Assembly (NCBI RefSeq): GCF_009914755.1
Contig: NC_060947.1
Direction: 5' to 3' (one strand)
DNA: 64,000 nucleotides
Source of the DNA: the human T2T-CHM13v2.0 reference genome, Homo sapiens
The notes under the pieces are model-generated. The model had not been told where the DNA came from. It saw nothing but the letters and a program-made list of their open reading frames with translations, and did no database searches. Positions 14,458 through 30,125 of the stretch are shown here, one piece after another (the stretch's first letter is position 1; each line of letters opens with the position of its first letter). The position numbers were made by a program, and so were the translations under genes.

Positions 14458-14775
14458 GGCTAGGCACGGTGGCTCACACTTGTAATCCCAGCACTTTGGA
14501 AGGCTGAGGTGGGTGGATTGCTTGAGTCCAGGAGTTCGAGACCAGCCTGGGCAACACGGCAAAACCCCATCTCTACAAAAAAATACAAAAACTAGCCAGG
14601 CGTGGTTGTGCACATCTGTAGTCCCAGCTACTTTGCTGGGGAGGAGGTTGAGGCAGGAGGATCACTTGAACTTGAGAAGCCGAGGTTGCAGTGCACTGAG
14701 ACTGCACCACTGCACTCCAGCCTGGGTAACAGAGTGAGACTCTGTCTCAAACAAAACAAAACAAAACAAAAAAAC
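14458..14775 (+). mobile_element. AluJ
   Basis: Full dimer with (caaaa)n tail. Confidence 0.9.
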
Positions 14776-14789
14776 CAAAGACCAACCAA

Positions 14790-15550
14790 AAAAGGTTCAA
14801 TTTTCTTCACTAATAAAGAAATACATTAAACAGTAAGATACCATTTTTCACCTATGAAAATGTCCAAGGTCTTTAAAATATGTAATACTCCCTGGCGATG
14901 ATGCAGGATAACAGACATTCTTGTATGATGGCATGGGAAATGGTACAGCCTTTCAGATGAGCAGTTATATGTTTCGAAAGCTTTAGAATTTGTCAAATCC
15001 CTTGATACAACAATTCCACTTCTGGAACTTACTTAAGGAAATAATCATGGATATGAGCACAGATGGCACCATTTTTAATTGTGAAAAAATGGAAACATTC
15101 TAAACATGTAACAATAGGAGAGCAGTTAAGTCATGGTATGCCCAGACAAGCGGATATTATTACACCATATGGTATGATGATGTGGAGTTTTTAATGACGG
15201 AAATGTTCCCACAAATATTAATAGTAAAAACTAAAATCCCAGATGCTACACAGCTTAAAAACTGAGGAACCTGTTTATGTTCTATGGTATCATACTCATG
15301 ATATATTAAGTGAAAAAAGGCACTGAACACTGTAAAGTATGCTGTTGTGTGTGTAAAGGAGAGGGGAAAGAACACTTGCATGTATTTGCTTGTGTATGCA
15401 TAAAACAGCTCTGCAAGAATATCTACATGTTTCTGGGAAGAGGAACTAGGTGGTTAGTGGAATAAAAAGGAAACCTTTCATTGACTACTTGTTCTATTTT
15501 TTATCTAGTTGAATCAATTCAAAATAAAATTTTGAGTTCAAAAGTTAAAA
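14790..15550 (+). mobile_element. L1ME-like 3' fragments
   Basis: Degenerate L1 3' text (gataccatttttcacctat, caattccacttctggaa). Confidence 0.55.
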
Positions 15551-15935
15551 AATTCAAGTCTCAAAACAATTCATATGTTAGGGTACCCATTGTTGGGGGG
15601 CAAGGGCAGGTATTTGAGGGGGGAGACAAGCAGCTTGGTAGACAGCAAGTGAGAATAACAGAAACGTGAGAGGGCAGGCAAGCAGGGCATGTGTGACAGG
15701 AAGGGCAAGGCAGAGCAACGGAGACAGCAAGGGAGAGTCCAAGGCAGAGACAAACTCACTGGTCGTTACCTCTGTGTGGTGGGATTAGATAAATTTGATT
15801 TTCTTTTTGCTTGAGCAATATTTTTGCTACTTCCTCAATAAACAAGTATTAATTTTGCAATGAAAAAATTTACTCAACAAAAATTATTTTCACATCAAGC
15901 TCTTATGCTATATCGATTTCCATGTATGGACTCAC

Positions 15936-16067
15936 CATGTGGACTAGCAAAACTGGCCCCTGGTCCTATTGAGATTCCATGCGAGGATGGGGGAGGAGTT
16001 GGAACAAATGACGCTGGTGATGGGGCTCTCAAAGCCCCACTGGGGGAGCTGGCAGCATGCAGATTTC
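15936..16067 (-). CDS. MED14: MED14 exon 24 (GNLHAASS...FASPH), 132 nt
   Basis: ttattag|GA acceptor, ATG|gtgagt donor. Confidence 0.96.
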
Positions 16068-16311
16068 CTAATAAAGGAAAATAATTATAGATAATCTTGC
16101 AGGACACATTTTATGTCCTGTCCAAGGACCCCAAGTTAAAAATCTCCCTATAAATTAAAGAAACAAGTAGTATAGCTCCCATATATATAACACAGAGAAA
16201 AACTGGCACGATTTCATTATTGAAAGAGACTATTCAATTCCATGCGCCCAAATTCTAGCTCTTATATTGACTGATTAAAAAAAAAAATCCGGTGTACTTT
16301 TTATTCAGTTC

Positions 16312-17720
16312 CTCATTCATTCAACAAGAAGGCCTGAATGCCAACTTCATGCCAAGCACTGTTTCAGGCATTGGGGATGCAGCAGTTAACAAAAGAGACA
16401 AAAATTCCTGCCCTCACAAAGCTTATATTCTAATAGAATGAGAAAGACAAGTATCTGTCAGGTAAGTGCTATGGAAAAAAACACAACAGGGTAAGGGGAC
16501 AAGATTGTGTAGTGAAGGAGGTGGGTGTTGTTCCTTATATACAGCAATCAGAAAAGACCTCTCTAAGGAAGGGGGCATGTGAGCTGAGACGTGAAGAAAG
16601 TGAAGGATAAGGCATGAGGATACCCAGGGGATGAGATATTCCAGCCAAACAGAGAGCTAGTGCAAATGCCCCAAAGGTGGAAGCAGTTATCAGGGAGGAA
16701 GCCGGTGTGGCAAGAACAGAGTGAACGAGGGGGGCAGTGGGAAGAGAGGACACCAGAGAGGTTGGAGGAAGAGGGGTGGGTCCCAGATCACATGGGGACT
16801 TGTGGGCCACTCTAAGAACTTAGGGTTTACCCTGAATGAGTGGGAATCCAATGCAGAGTTTGGAGCGGAAATCATGGACGAACTTCTGTCCCAGAAGGAT
16901 CATTCTAGCTGCTGTGGGACAGACTATAGAGCAAGGGTAGGGGTAGGGACAGGAAAACCAGTTAGAAACAACTGCAATAATTCAGGTGAGAGAGGACTAG
17001 TGGCTTGGTAAAGGTGACAGACTATGGTAGTGAAAAGTGGTTGGATTCTGGGTAAATTCTGAAAATCAAGCTGATAGTATTTGGTAAATGACCGAACATG
17101 GGTATGAAAGAGACGTCCAGCATGACTCGAAGAGCTTCGGCCCAAGTAGCAGGAAGGAAGGGCCTGCCATTTACTGAGCTGGGGTGTCTGTGGGAAGAGG
17201 AGCACTGGGGCAGTGAAGAGATCCAGAGTTTAGTTTTGGCCATGCTGAGTTGCAGATATCTACCAGACATTACATGGAAATGATGCCGAATAGACAGCTA
17301 GAAAATACAATACTAAGGCTGGGTGTGGTGGCTCACGCCTGTAATCCCAGCACTTTGGGAGGGCGAAGTGGGCGGTTCACCTGAGGTCAGGAGTTTGAGA
17401 CTAGCCTGGCCAACATGGCAAAACCCCGTCTCTACTAAAAATACAAACATTAGCCAGGCACAGTGGCATGTGCCTGTAATCCCAGCTACTCAGGAGGCTG
17501 AGGCAGGAGAATCACTTGAACCCAGAAGGCGGAGGTTGCAGCAAGCTGAGATCACGCCATGGCACTCCAGCCTGTACGACAGAGCAAGACTCTGTCTCCA
17601 AAAAAAAAAAAAAAAAAAAAAAATCAAAGAAAAAAGAAAATACAATACTAGACTTATGGAGAGACTGAGATTGGAGATATAAAAAACAGTGAAACGTTAA
17701 CTTATTTAAAGGCACAGGAC
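16312..17720 (-). mobile_element. L2 LINE relic interrupted by an AluS
   Basis: tcattcattcaacaa L2 3' end; purine-rich L2 body text. Confidence 0.75.
17317..17634 (+). mobile_element. AluSx-like
   Basis: Full dimer; 16-bp TSD agaaaatacaatacta (17300-17315, 17635-17650). Confidence 0.93.
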
Positions 17721-17847
17721 TAGTTTTAATTTAGGATTATGAAAGTGTGAACTATGGCTACCAAAACTATGAATAAATGCAACATTTAAGCACTTGCTAC
17801 ATTATCATAATTACCTTTAATATCAGCATGTTTCAAATTCTCTACTA

Positions 17848-18162
17848 TAGCAGTCCCCGCCTTATCCACAGGGGATAGGTTCCAAGACCCCCAGTGGATG
17901 CCTGAAACCTCAGATAGTATTGAAACCTGTTTTTTTCCTATACACATATATGATAAAGTTTAATTCACAAATTAAGCACAGTAAAAAATTAACATTAACA
18001 GTAAAATAGAACACTCTTAGCAGTAGATTGTAATAAAAGTTATGTGAATATGGTATCTCTCTGTCTCTAAATATCTTATTGTACTATACTTGCCCATTTT
18101 TGGTCCTCAGTTGACCTCAGGCCAACTAAAACCTTGGAGAGCAATAAGAGGGGGGACTGTAC
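17848..18162 (+). mobile_element. MER44A-like (TcMar-Tigger MITE)
   Basis: Terminal inverted repeats cagtccccgccttat / ataagaggggggactg; gttccaagacccccagtggatgcctgaaacc. Confidence 0.75.
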
Positions 18163-18269
18163 TATGTGAGATAATTTCATATTTTTGTGTTCTGTAATAC
18201 CTAAAGCACTGTCTTACTTTCAATCAGTATGTTGATCAACTTGACTAACCTTTAAGTGTTTATGTTTAC

Positions 18270-18450
18270 TTATTTAGCTGTATGATCTGGACAAGTGACC
18301 TAACTTCCCCATGTCTCAGTTTTCCTCCATAAAATGTGAATAATAATAGGACCTACACCACAGGTTTGCTGTGAGGATTAAACGGGTAAAGTGCTTAGAA
18401 TAGGGCTTGGCACATAGTAAGCACTATATGCTTGTCTACCACTATTATAA
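18270..18450 (+). mobile_element. MIR
   Basis: MIR core: ctcagttttcctccataaaatg...gtgaggattaaa...aaagtgcttagaa. Confidence 0.75.
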
Positions 18451-19697
18451 TTATTTCAAAATATTTTTCCCTTCCTACTATATAAAAACAATGTCAACTC
18501 CTATCCTAGAAACACACTCCCCTGGGGTTCTACAATCCTGTTTCTCCTGTTTTGTCTACTTCCTCCCTAGCTGCTACTTCCCCACTGACCACTGGTATTC
18601 CTAGGGGTGGACTCAACCACCCACTTGGGCTTCAATGACCCTAGACATGACAACAACAACTTCCAAGTCTTCATCTGTGGTCCAACCATCTCTGATGAGC
18701 CATAGGCTCATACAGCCAACTGCCTACTGGACATCTTGACTTAGTAATCTCTGGGGACTTGCAAAATCAACAGGTTCAAGAGAACTCCCCCCTCCTTTCT
18801 CTGTGAAATCTGCCCGTCCACCACTCGTCACTTTCAGTTGTACAAATTTAACCCAGACTAAAATCCAACAATGGCTTCCTATTTACCCATACAATAAAGG
18901 CCAAAATTGTTAACAGCGCCCTGTCTCTCCATACACCAGCCATTTGGAAGAGTCTACCATCTTCTGGAAGTTCAGACTCCACACACCCTGCACAGTCTGC
19001 CTGAGATATCCTCCTTGTCCATGTCCCTGCACCTGGGTAACTCTTGACCTTTCAAGTCTCAGCTTAACCAGTGTCGAAAGGAGGGAGGCAAACAACGCAT
19101 CCTCAAGAAAGAAACAATCGAACCCCCCTTATCGAATGCTCTTTCAGAAGCCCAAGTGACCCTTTTTGTAACACTCATCATACTTGGCATTACAGATGAA
19201 GACTGTTTATCTAGGAATCTAAGCAGAGGAAGCACAACCCACCCCCCAAATAAAAGTGAATTTAAAGATTTTTAAAATGAGGATCTATTTTTTTAAAACG
19301 ACACCACTGAAGTAATGTGAAGAGCAATATGAGTGGCTAAGTGTGAGACATGGTGGGGGTGGGATCTGCCAGGGTGTGAGTGCCTAGGCAGTGTGGGATG
19401 TCGAGCAGCCCAATCTGGGCAACAAGACAGATTACAATGGACTGGTCAAAGAGGCATTTGTCATGTACCACGCCCCAGGCTAAACACTTTATGTGAACTA
19501 TTTCATTCGATTCTCACAACATCTCTATGGAAAAGGTTTTATATTATTCTCATTTTACAAATGGAATTAGCTATTGAATAAGTGATGTCACTACATCTCC
19601 CACCTGCAGATTAACAGATTCTCTGGTCAATACAAATTTCTCATATATAGACACACATATACATATCTATAAGAATTTTTGTATTTTATAAAGGAGA

Positions 19698-20007
<310 letters not shown>

Positions 20008-20649
20008 ATAAAGGAGAACAGTATGCACTGCAAATTCTGCTTTTCAAAGTGAAAACTTAAAAGCAGATGTATTTGTTGGGTTTGCTACTTAAAAAATTAA
20101 CGTAGTTTTGTTTGCCCTGTTTTCTGATAAGCCCGAATGCCTTCAATTGGTACAAAACTACTTAATGTATTCTTTAGTTCAGTGGACTGATATATTTACA
20201 CTAGATAAAAGGTTTTATTACACATGCTTTTAAAAATCATTTAATTTCTTATATTTTACAACCTATATTACATATCACATCTTTTATGCTAAAACTTTCT
20301 TTGAAAAAAACATCATTATGCTCTGGAAATATTACTAGGACCTAGTAGGCAACGGGTCATTCTCCCCAATAAATCTGATGACCTAGCTTCCTCGCTAGAT
20401 GATAAGCTCAAGAGCAGGGCTGGTATCCAGTTCACTGCTAAATCTTCAGCACCAGGCAGCATTTGGCACAGAGTAAGTGCTCAAGAGATACCACTGAATC
20501 ATTCAGTTAAAAGCAAAAATTTGGCATTCTCAAGCACTTTTACGGTGCACTTCATAGGGCTGCCAACAAAGCCATTATGTCTGGACAAGCAGACTATGCA
20601 CTGCCTAACTCTGGAGCTTGGGGGCAGGCCACCCTTCACCTATTCCGTG

Positions 20650-20805
20650 GCTTAGCAAACTTTTTCTGTAAAGGGCTGTCGTAGTGGGAAAGCAGCCATA
20701 GACATTATATAAACAAGTGTGGCTTCATTCCAATGAAACTTTATTTACAAAAACAGGTGACAGGCAGGATTTGGCTCATAGGCCTTAGAGTCTGTCAACC
20801 TGTAA
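20650..20805 (+). mobile_element. MER58A fragment
   Basis: agcaaactttttctgtaaaggg...ccaatgaaactttatttacaaaaacagg. Confidence 0.7.
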
Positions 20806-21077
20806 CATAGATCATGTTGTGATTAGCACCCCCTGGAGTTGTGCTGTGAGTCTGGCTCTGGGTGACATTAATTTAAACCTTTTAAAGTGCTCCCAAGCCT
20901 GGACACAGATTTCACAAACCTTCCATAATAAATGAGTGACAACTATCTAGCCATAGACTAGAAAGGGAATTCTCTCTGAAGCCTGAGACTAGATGCACAG
21001 TGCTTCTCAATGTGGGGTGTGTGTGTGTATTTTGGATTTGAAAGTTGAACATGACAAGAGAATAAGTAATATCTTAC

Positions 21078-21189
21078 CTGGAGACTGTGTGTGCATCATT
21101 GAGGGAGACTGATTGACTGTGCTATGATAAGATGTAGGGGGTGAAGTAAGAGGATAAGCACCTGATGTTCCTGGCTGCTTTGGAAATGG
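21078..21189 (-). CDS. MED14: MED14 exon 23 (PFPKQPGT...HTQSP), 112 nt
   Basis: ttttcag|CCA acceptor, CAG|gtaaga donor. Confidence 0.96.
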
Positions 21190-21497
21190 CTGAAAAGAAG
21201 AAAATTAAATGTTGGTAAAATGGCCAACCGCACGGAGCATAAGAGTGTGGCTTTCACTAATTATAGCTACAGTGTTAATATTTACACACTTTGCTGGTTA
21301 CCAAATAGGAAACATGAGATATAAAAGTGTGCAAAATAAATACACATCACCAGCACAAGTCTTTATAAACCCCGACTTTCGAAATGTTTTAAAATAGCAA
21401 CATCCTCTTTCCCGATCTTGCAATGCTTTCTATCCCTCAAGATGTTTTTTGCTCATTTTCTATCTAGCATATAACCGATTTATCTCTATTATTTATC

Positions 21498-21674
21498 TAC
21501 CATTTCATTGATTCTAAGACATTTTCCCCCCACACTTTAATATCTCTAAAATCAGGGTGTGTCTTTCCATTTATGGGATGTTAGTTTAACTGGCAGTGTT
21601 TTTTCTTTCTGAGCGGTAGATAAAAACTGATGCATCTTACATTTGGTGGCATTTAGTATCAATGAAATATGGTA
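21498..21674. mobile_element. MER104-like (TcMar-Tc2 MITE)
   Basis: Inverted ends taccatttcattgat / atcaatgaaatatggta. Confidence 0.65.
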
Positions 21675-22813
21675 GCTCAGCCTGACCTTTACTCATCTTT
21701 ATCACTATCACAAGGTAGTTGTAACATTTTACATATTTTCTAGTGGCAAACGAGAGTTTCAGTTGTTCCTAATATCAAATGTTGGAAATAATTATCAATT
21801 TTTTTCTTAAAACCATTTTTGTGGGTGTGGAGTGTTATCTCATTGTAGCTTTAATTTGTATTTCTGTGATGGCAAATAATGTTTGAATACCTTTTCGGTG
21901 CTTATTGGCCACTTGGACATCCTATTATGTGAAATGACTTGAATCTTTTACCTACTTTTAAAACCAGATTGTCTACTTTTTTTTTTTATTGATTCTTTCT
22001 AAGCTATCTTAAAGAAATTATAGAATTCAGGCTAACTCATAAGGTACAAAATCATATATTTGCCCATACTGTTTTATCCAATAATGCAGAATGTACCTTT
22101 ATGTTTGGAGATGTAAGCCATACTAACTTGTTAATTAAAACTATGATATTCATAAGCTTTTCTATTTTCTTCCTTTCCTTTCTCATAGACTAGCTTATGC
22201 ACTAAAACTGCATTTTATATAAAAGAAGAAAAGCTACCTGCTAACATCAAGTAAAATGTACATGAATCCCTTTATGAACATTTTTTTCTCACAACTGTCT
22301 TATCAGGGAGACAAATAGTTTACAAATAGAAGCATAGCACAGATATCTGATAAACAGAAAAAAACTGAAAACTGAAACTGCTCAATCAAAGGCTCAATCT
22401 TTAGGAGGTACATAAAGCCAAAGCCACCAACTAAAGACATTTAACCATGGCAGATGAATATTCTTTTAAAAGGATTCTGACTTGGTATTAAGTGTCAAAC
22501 TTTTTAACTTAAAAACAAACAAACAAAAAAGCTCTACCTACAGGTTGAATAGAGAGCAAGAAAAGGCAGAAAATTCCTCAAGTTTTCCCAAAGTGACAAA
22601 TCATTCTAACTTTTCTAGAATATCCTAACCTTTGGCCAATCTACCCACTTCTAATCCTTCTGCCTTAGCCTGCAACTATTTTCCTACTTAGAAATCTCAT
22701 GTTCAGTATGAAATGTTACTGGGTGTATATTGCTCTTAGCCAAATCAGAATATCTAATAAACTAGCGCTGCAGGCTCTCACTGTGTCAAATTATGATTTT
22801 TTTCAGTAACAAA

Positions 22814-23078
<265 letters not shown>

Positions 23079-24435
23079 TCATTATAGAGGGGCCAATGAA
23101 CAACTTATTTTGGGAGAGGGAGAGAATAATGGACCACATTCTCCCTCCATTCCCCCTATAACATTGGCCCTGCTACGGCCATGGTCATCAGCCAGCCCAA
23201 CTCAGTTACTTCTTTCCCCCAAAGGATGTGGCTCATCCCCTGCTCCATATCAGGTACAGGAAAGATTGAAAATGCAAGAAAGTGGCTTCCACAAGAAAAA
23301 AGCTGCTCTGATATCCGCTGGGCCAAGGTACTTCTCTCCCATGGTGGCCCAGCATCTTCAAAGGGCTAGTATCTCATCTGAGTCAATGTCTGTCACAAGA
23401 GCCCCGCACCTCGGCTACACAGAGACATTCGCATAGGCCTTTACTGAGCTTCCCTGTTCTACATGAAGGCCAAGAAGGGAAACAGTGACAAGGCAAGTAA
23501 CCCTAAATAGCTGCCAGGAACAATACAGCTTCCACAAAACCCTCCTTCTAGTAAGAATCTAGTACTTTTTCAAAGATTTAAGCACTGGAAAGTTGTAGTC
23601 ACTAAGTAGCCAGACCAGAAGCTAAGCAATAAAATAAGCTAAGAGGATTCTCTGCACAATGCTGGTTTCAAGCAATGTTATTCATGAAAGCTTCTGGATG
23701 AGAAGCAGTGAGCTATTTCGTAAACCAAAACTAAAGGATGTGCCAAAGAGCCTTGCCTACAGGCTGTGTGCTCATATACAACTAAAAATGAAGCCCCTGA
23801 AGACTCCGGCCCAGAGTCTACAGCCCCATTGAGGATTTTCCAGACTAGGGAGTCACAAAGGACTGTTGAAGGGCTAAACAATCACTGTTCACCTTCTATT
23901 TCAGGAGGGTCAGTGAGAGAACAATGGCTAGCCTAGGGGCCTGTTCAACTCTCAGACATGTGAAGGTGACAGGACAGAACTGAAAGCTCTTATGGTTCTA
24001 TAATGTGGCTTATCCAAATGGTCTTGAGGACAGAACCCTGAAAATTTGTCCACCTGTTCTCTGTAGGAGTCCCTACTGAACATCGCTAGACATTTAGTCT
24101 ACTGTGCTCTACTTTAATAGCATCTGTCCTTCAAGACAAGGTAAGGAAACTCTCTCAAAGATCTCAGATCCTGCGGATGGTATTTCCATCTCTGGAATCA
24201 TATAACATCATTTTAAGTGTGTGAATGACCTGAGATTAATGCTGTTTCCAACACTATTCATTTCTTGTCACTGGAAGTCTCCTCGCCTCCTTCTGTAACT
24301 CTTTATTTCATAAGTATTTCCTGGGCATCTCAGGCCCACCAAGGACCTCCTTGTCTTTCAATGAAGTCTTGACACCTATAGAACCTGTGAAGTTACAGAA
24401 ATGTGATACCACTTGGAATTCTGGCTAGATATTAC

Positions 24436-24576
24436 CTGTTGCTGGGGTGGTGGCTGGAGCTGCGATATTAAAGAATCCATCATATCTCCTCCTATAGGAG
24501 AAGGGGGATTATCGTCCTCATTTACAGACCTTCTTCGAGCATCCTGATTGCTGTCAACAAACATATTCAGGAACGT
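24436..24576 (-). CDS. MED14: MED14 exon 22 (TFLNMFVD...PPQQQ), 141 nt; start of the S/P-rich region
   Basis: tccgtag|ACG acceptor, CAG|gtaata donor. Confidence 0.96.
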
Positions 24577-25227
24577 CTACGGATATAAACAGGTAAAATT
24601 TAGATTATTTTACCTAACATTATTAGTAAAATATTTTAAATTATTTAGAATATTTAAACAGAAACACAGTATGTTGATCCTTGAAGATCGTTACTAGGAC
24701 AACCTAGAAGAAATATTGTTAATTTTGAAGCGGGAAACTGAGGAAAACAGTTAACAAAAACAGCATCTAAAAAAAGTCATATTGACTAAGAAATATTGTG
24801 TGAGCAAAAAGTTGAAGAAAGAAGTACATCCTGGCACCTCTTACCATCAGATCATAATATTTTCTTATTAACTTCTAATCCAGAAATGGGGGTAAAAAAT
24901 GAAAAGCATATTGGCCATAACTTCAATGACTTGGAAAATTTCCCAGCTAGTGAGCCATCTCACTTTTTAAACTAGAAAATATGAAAGGAAAACTGAGTAA
25001 GAAACGATCCAATTTTTTCCTTTTTTATATTATATAATTTAATCTTGAACCATTAAGAGTGGGACAGCCTTGTTTTACATATTGTCAAAACTGAGCAAAG
25101 CTATCAGAGTTTGTGTTTCAAGCACAGATTCTCTTTAACACTCCTCACATCCCCAGTATTCGAATATACACATATTTGAATCATAAGCTTATCAGAATCA
25201 CTAGAGAGCTATTAATAGTCCATAGTG

Positions 25228-25516
<289 letters not shown>

Positions 25517-25799
25517 CTACTTTTAATTAAAGATGATGGGCTCACAACACACATTGCATTCTTTCCCCACTAAACTACTGGAAAGAATTTTTTGAAGCAA
25601 TAAGTAACAAAGACAAAAAGAATAGGAGAAGAGAAGAAACAGCAATACATCCGGGAGGCTGCAAAGCAGATGGCTGAGTAGCAACTAGAACCATCCAATG
25701 TGAGAAAGTTGTATCCTAAGTAAGCTGTGGGAAAAGCCAAGAAGCAAGCTATTTCCATCCAGATCCCTGAGATACTTTGGAACTGGCAGTATCAGGCAC

Positions 25800-26175
25800 T
25801 GATATGGTTTGGCTCTGTGTCCCCACCCGAATCTCATCTTGAATTGTAATCGAATTGTAATCCCCGTGTTGAGAGAGGGACCGATTGATTGGATTATGGG
25901 GACAGTTCCCCCCATGCTGTTGTGATAGTGAGTTCTCACCAGATCTGATGGTTTTATAAGTAGCAGTTTCCCCTGCTCTCACGCTTCTCCCCTGCAGCCA
26001 TGTAAGGCGTGCTTGCTTCCCCTTTACCTTCCACCACGATTGTAAATTTCCTGAGGCCTCCTAGCCGTTCTTTCTGTTAAGCTCGTGGAACTGTGAGTCA
26101 ATTAAACCTCTTTCCTTTATAAATTACCCAGTCTTGGGTAGTATCTTTACAGCAATGTGAAAACAGACTAATATG
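25800..26175 (+). mobile_element. MSTA/THE1D-like MaLR solo LTR
   Basis: tgatatggtttggctctgtgtccccaccc...aaacagactaata; near-TSD ggcac/ggtac. Confidence 0.85.
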
Positions 26176-26599
26176 GGTACCTTTGGAAGTGGGGATAAAA
26201 GTGGGACTAATAACAGAAGGACTAAGTGAAAGTCTAAGAGACACTTAGACCCTCCCAGATCCTCTGCTATTCTCACTGAGCTCGGTTATCTCTTCCACCA
26301 TGGAGGAGGATCTCTGACTTGAGGGATGCCAAAGACCAACTCAGAGAAGGACTACTATATAAAAAATGGGGATCAAAGTCTACATAAATTTGAGAATACT
26401 CGTTTTTTCATTTGACTTTCCCAATATTGAAAGCAAGATGCATACCATCTATGCAGAAGATTTGGATACTCCTGTCTTGGTACTCACACCAGCCCAACAA
26501 AAAGACCTAAAGCTACTGATATCGGGAGTTTCCCAAAGAAATGGCCCAAGGAGATCATCCTGCAATGAAGACCACAGTCAATAAGTCTTACCTTTAAAT

Positions 26600-28250
<1,651 letters not shown>

Positions 28251-28437
28251 TCAAGCCTTTTAGATTTATTTGACTCTAGACTAAAAACACATACAACTGA
28301 GCTATCACATCAGTTAACCACTCTGGCAGTTGTGGTCCAGGACCTTACATTTTTAAAAAGCATCAGGCCAGGCACAGGTTACTGTGATTCTAGCACTTTG
28401 GGAGGGTCCCAGGACCTTACATTTTTTAAATGCATCA

Positions 28438-28732
28438 GGCCAGGCACAGATTACATCACGCCTGTAATCCCAGCACTTTGGGAGGCTGAGGCAGGTGGAT
28501 CACCTGAGGTCAGGAGTTCAAGACCAGCCAGGCCAACATAGTGAAACCCCATCTCTACTAAAAATACAAAAATTAGCCAGGTGTGGTGGTGCATGCCTAT
28601 AATCTCAGCTACTGGGGAGGCTGAGGCAGGAGAGGCACTTGAACCCACATGGCTGAAGTTGCAGTGAGCCAAGATTGTGCCGCTGCACTCCAGCCTGGGT
28701 GACAGAGTGAGACTCTGTCTCATAAATAAATA
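28438..28732 (+). mobile_element. AluS with a duplicated 5' junction
   Basis: Full dimer; TSD-like gcatca on both sides. Confidence 0.9.
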
Positions 28733-29078
28733 AGCATCACAGTAGAATTGATGACCAAACCTTTTCAAAAATCAATGATAAAAACTACTTTTAAAGTTCC
28801 AAAGACCAAACACAAATTGTTTTTAGTATCTTCACCCTACTGATCAGAAGGTAAGAATATAAAGAAAAATACTTTTAATCATCTCATACACATAAGCACA
28901 ACACTTTATCAGAACTTCTAGCTCCTTCAGAATGACGTTATACAGATGATGAGTTAACACTGCTACTTACTAAATTTAAACAGGAATTTGTTGCTTTTCC
29001 CCATTATTTCCCCCTCAAAGAAACTATTTTAGAGATAATTTTTATGTTTACTCATGTTATAACACTAAAGTCTGTTAC

Positions 29079-29348
29079 CTTTAGTCCTGGTGCAGGATAG
29101 AAACCTTCAACTAGTTTGCTGTTATCAAAAAGACTATAGGCACCATCCCGTATTGCCACAACACCTCGACTCCGGCAGTATATATCAATGCAATACATGT
29201 TCCTGAAGGCCAGTCTGATGTGGGTGGACGACTGTGGCAGAATGGAGAAGCACTGGTAGGCAGTATTGGTTCTCTGGGTCAAGCCCAACATCGGCACAGT
29301 GGGGAGTTTGTTGATGGCATTTAATGGAGCCTGAGTATCAAACAGTAC
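29079..29348 (-). CDS. MED14: MED14 exon 21 (VLFDTQAP...APGLK), 270 nt
   Basis: cttatag|GTA acceptor, AAG|gtaaca donor. Confidence 0.96.
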
Positions 29349-29629
29349 CTATAAGGAACAAACACAGTGAGAGCAGCCAGTTTCTGTACAAATGTTAAAA
29401 CCTCAGAATTTTCAGTGTATAACTGTCAAAAATGAAACAACGTCCTTCTGGCACATTCCATAAAACTTCCCCTTGAAGAGAATGCAAACTAGATCACTGG
29501 GTCCACACTGAATCAAAGAAAATTCTCAAAGAAGTGTTCAAGATATAAAAGACAAAATTATCAGCCTTAGTCATTAAAGACAAGTCCCCATGATCTTTTG
29601 AAGAGTTTTGCCTGAGACACTAAATGCTG

Positions 29630-29930
29630 TTTTTTGTTTGTTTGTTTTTTGAGACAGGGTCTCATTCCGACACCCAGGCTGGAGTACAGTGGCACAATCA
29701 CCGCTCACTGCAGCCTTGACCTCCCCAGGCTCAGGTGATCCTCCCACTTCAGCCTCCCAAGTAGCTGGGACTACAGGCGTGCATCGCCACAACTGACTAA
29801 TTTTTGTATTTTTGTAGAGACAGGGTTTTGCCACATTGCCCAAGCTGGTCTTGAACTCCTGAGCACAAGCAATCCTTCCGCCTCGGCCTCCCAAAGGGTT
29901 GGGATTACAGGTGTGAACCAGCACGGCTGG
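29630..29930 (-). mobile_element. AluJ
   Basis: Diverged dimer ending ~40 bp from the exon 20 donor. Confidence 0.88.
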
Positions 29931-29972
29931 CATACTAAGTCTTATTTTTAGACAGAAAATAAACTTAATTAC

Positions 29973-30125
29973 CTGTAATAACTGAACCACATTTGGTGTT
30001 TTGTTGAACATTTCTTGAAGCTGATGGAGAATGGTATTGTGACAGTTACTGCAACCTGAGTTTGGGCCAACAGTTCCCAAAGAAATGTGGAATTTTTGAT
30101 GGATCGAATTCCATTGGATACTAAT
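29973..30125 (-). CDS. MED14: MED14 exon 20 (ISIQWNSI...VQLLQ), 153 nt
   Basis: tatttag|ATT acceptor, CAG|gtaatt donor. Confidence 0.96.

Noticed and set aside
23317-23353. 9-bp perfect inverted repeat gctgggcca / tggcccagc
   Set aside because: Expected by chance in 64 kb; no miRNA or snoRNA features
29574-30080. 168-aa ORF beginning in MED14 exon 20
   Set aside because: Exon 20 read-through into the intron and an AluJ; a good donor at 29972 ends the real exon
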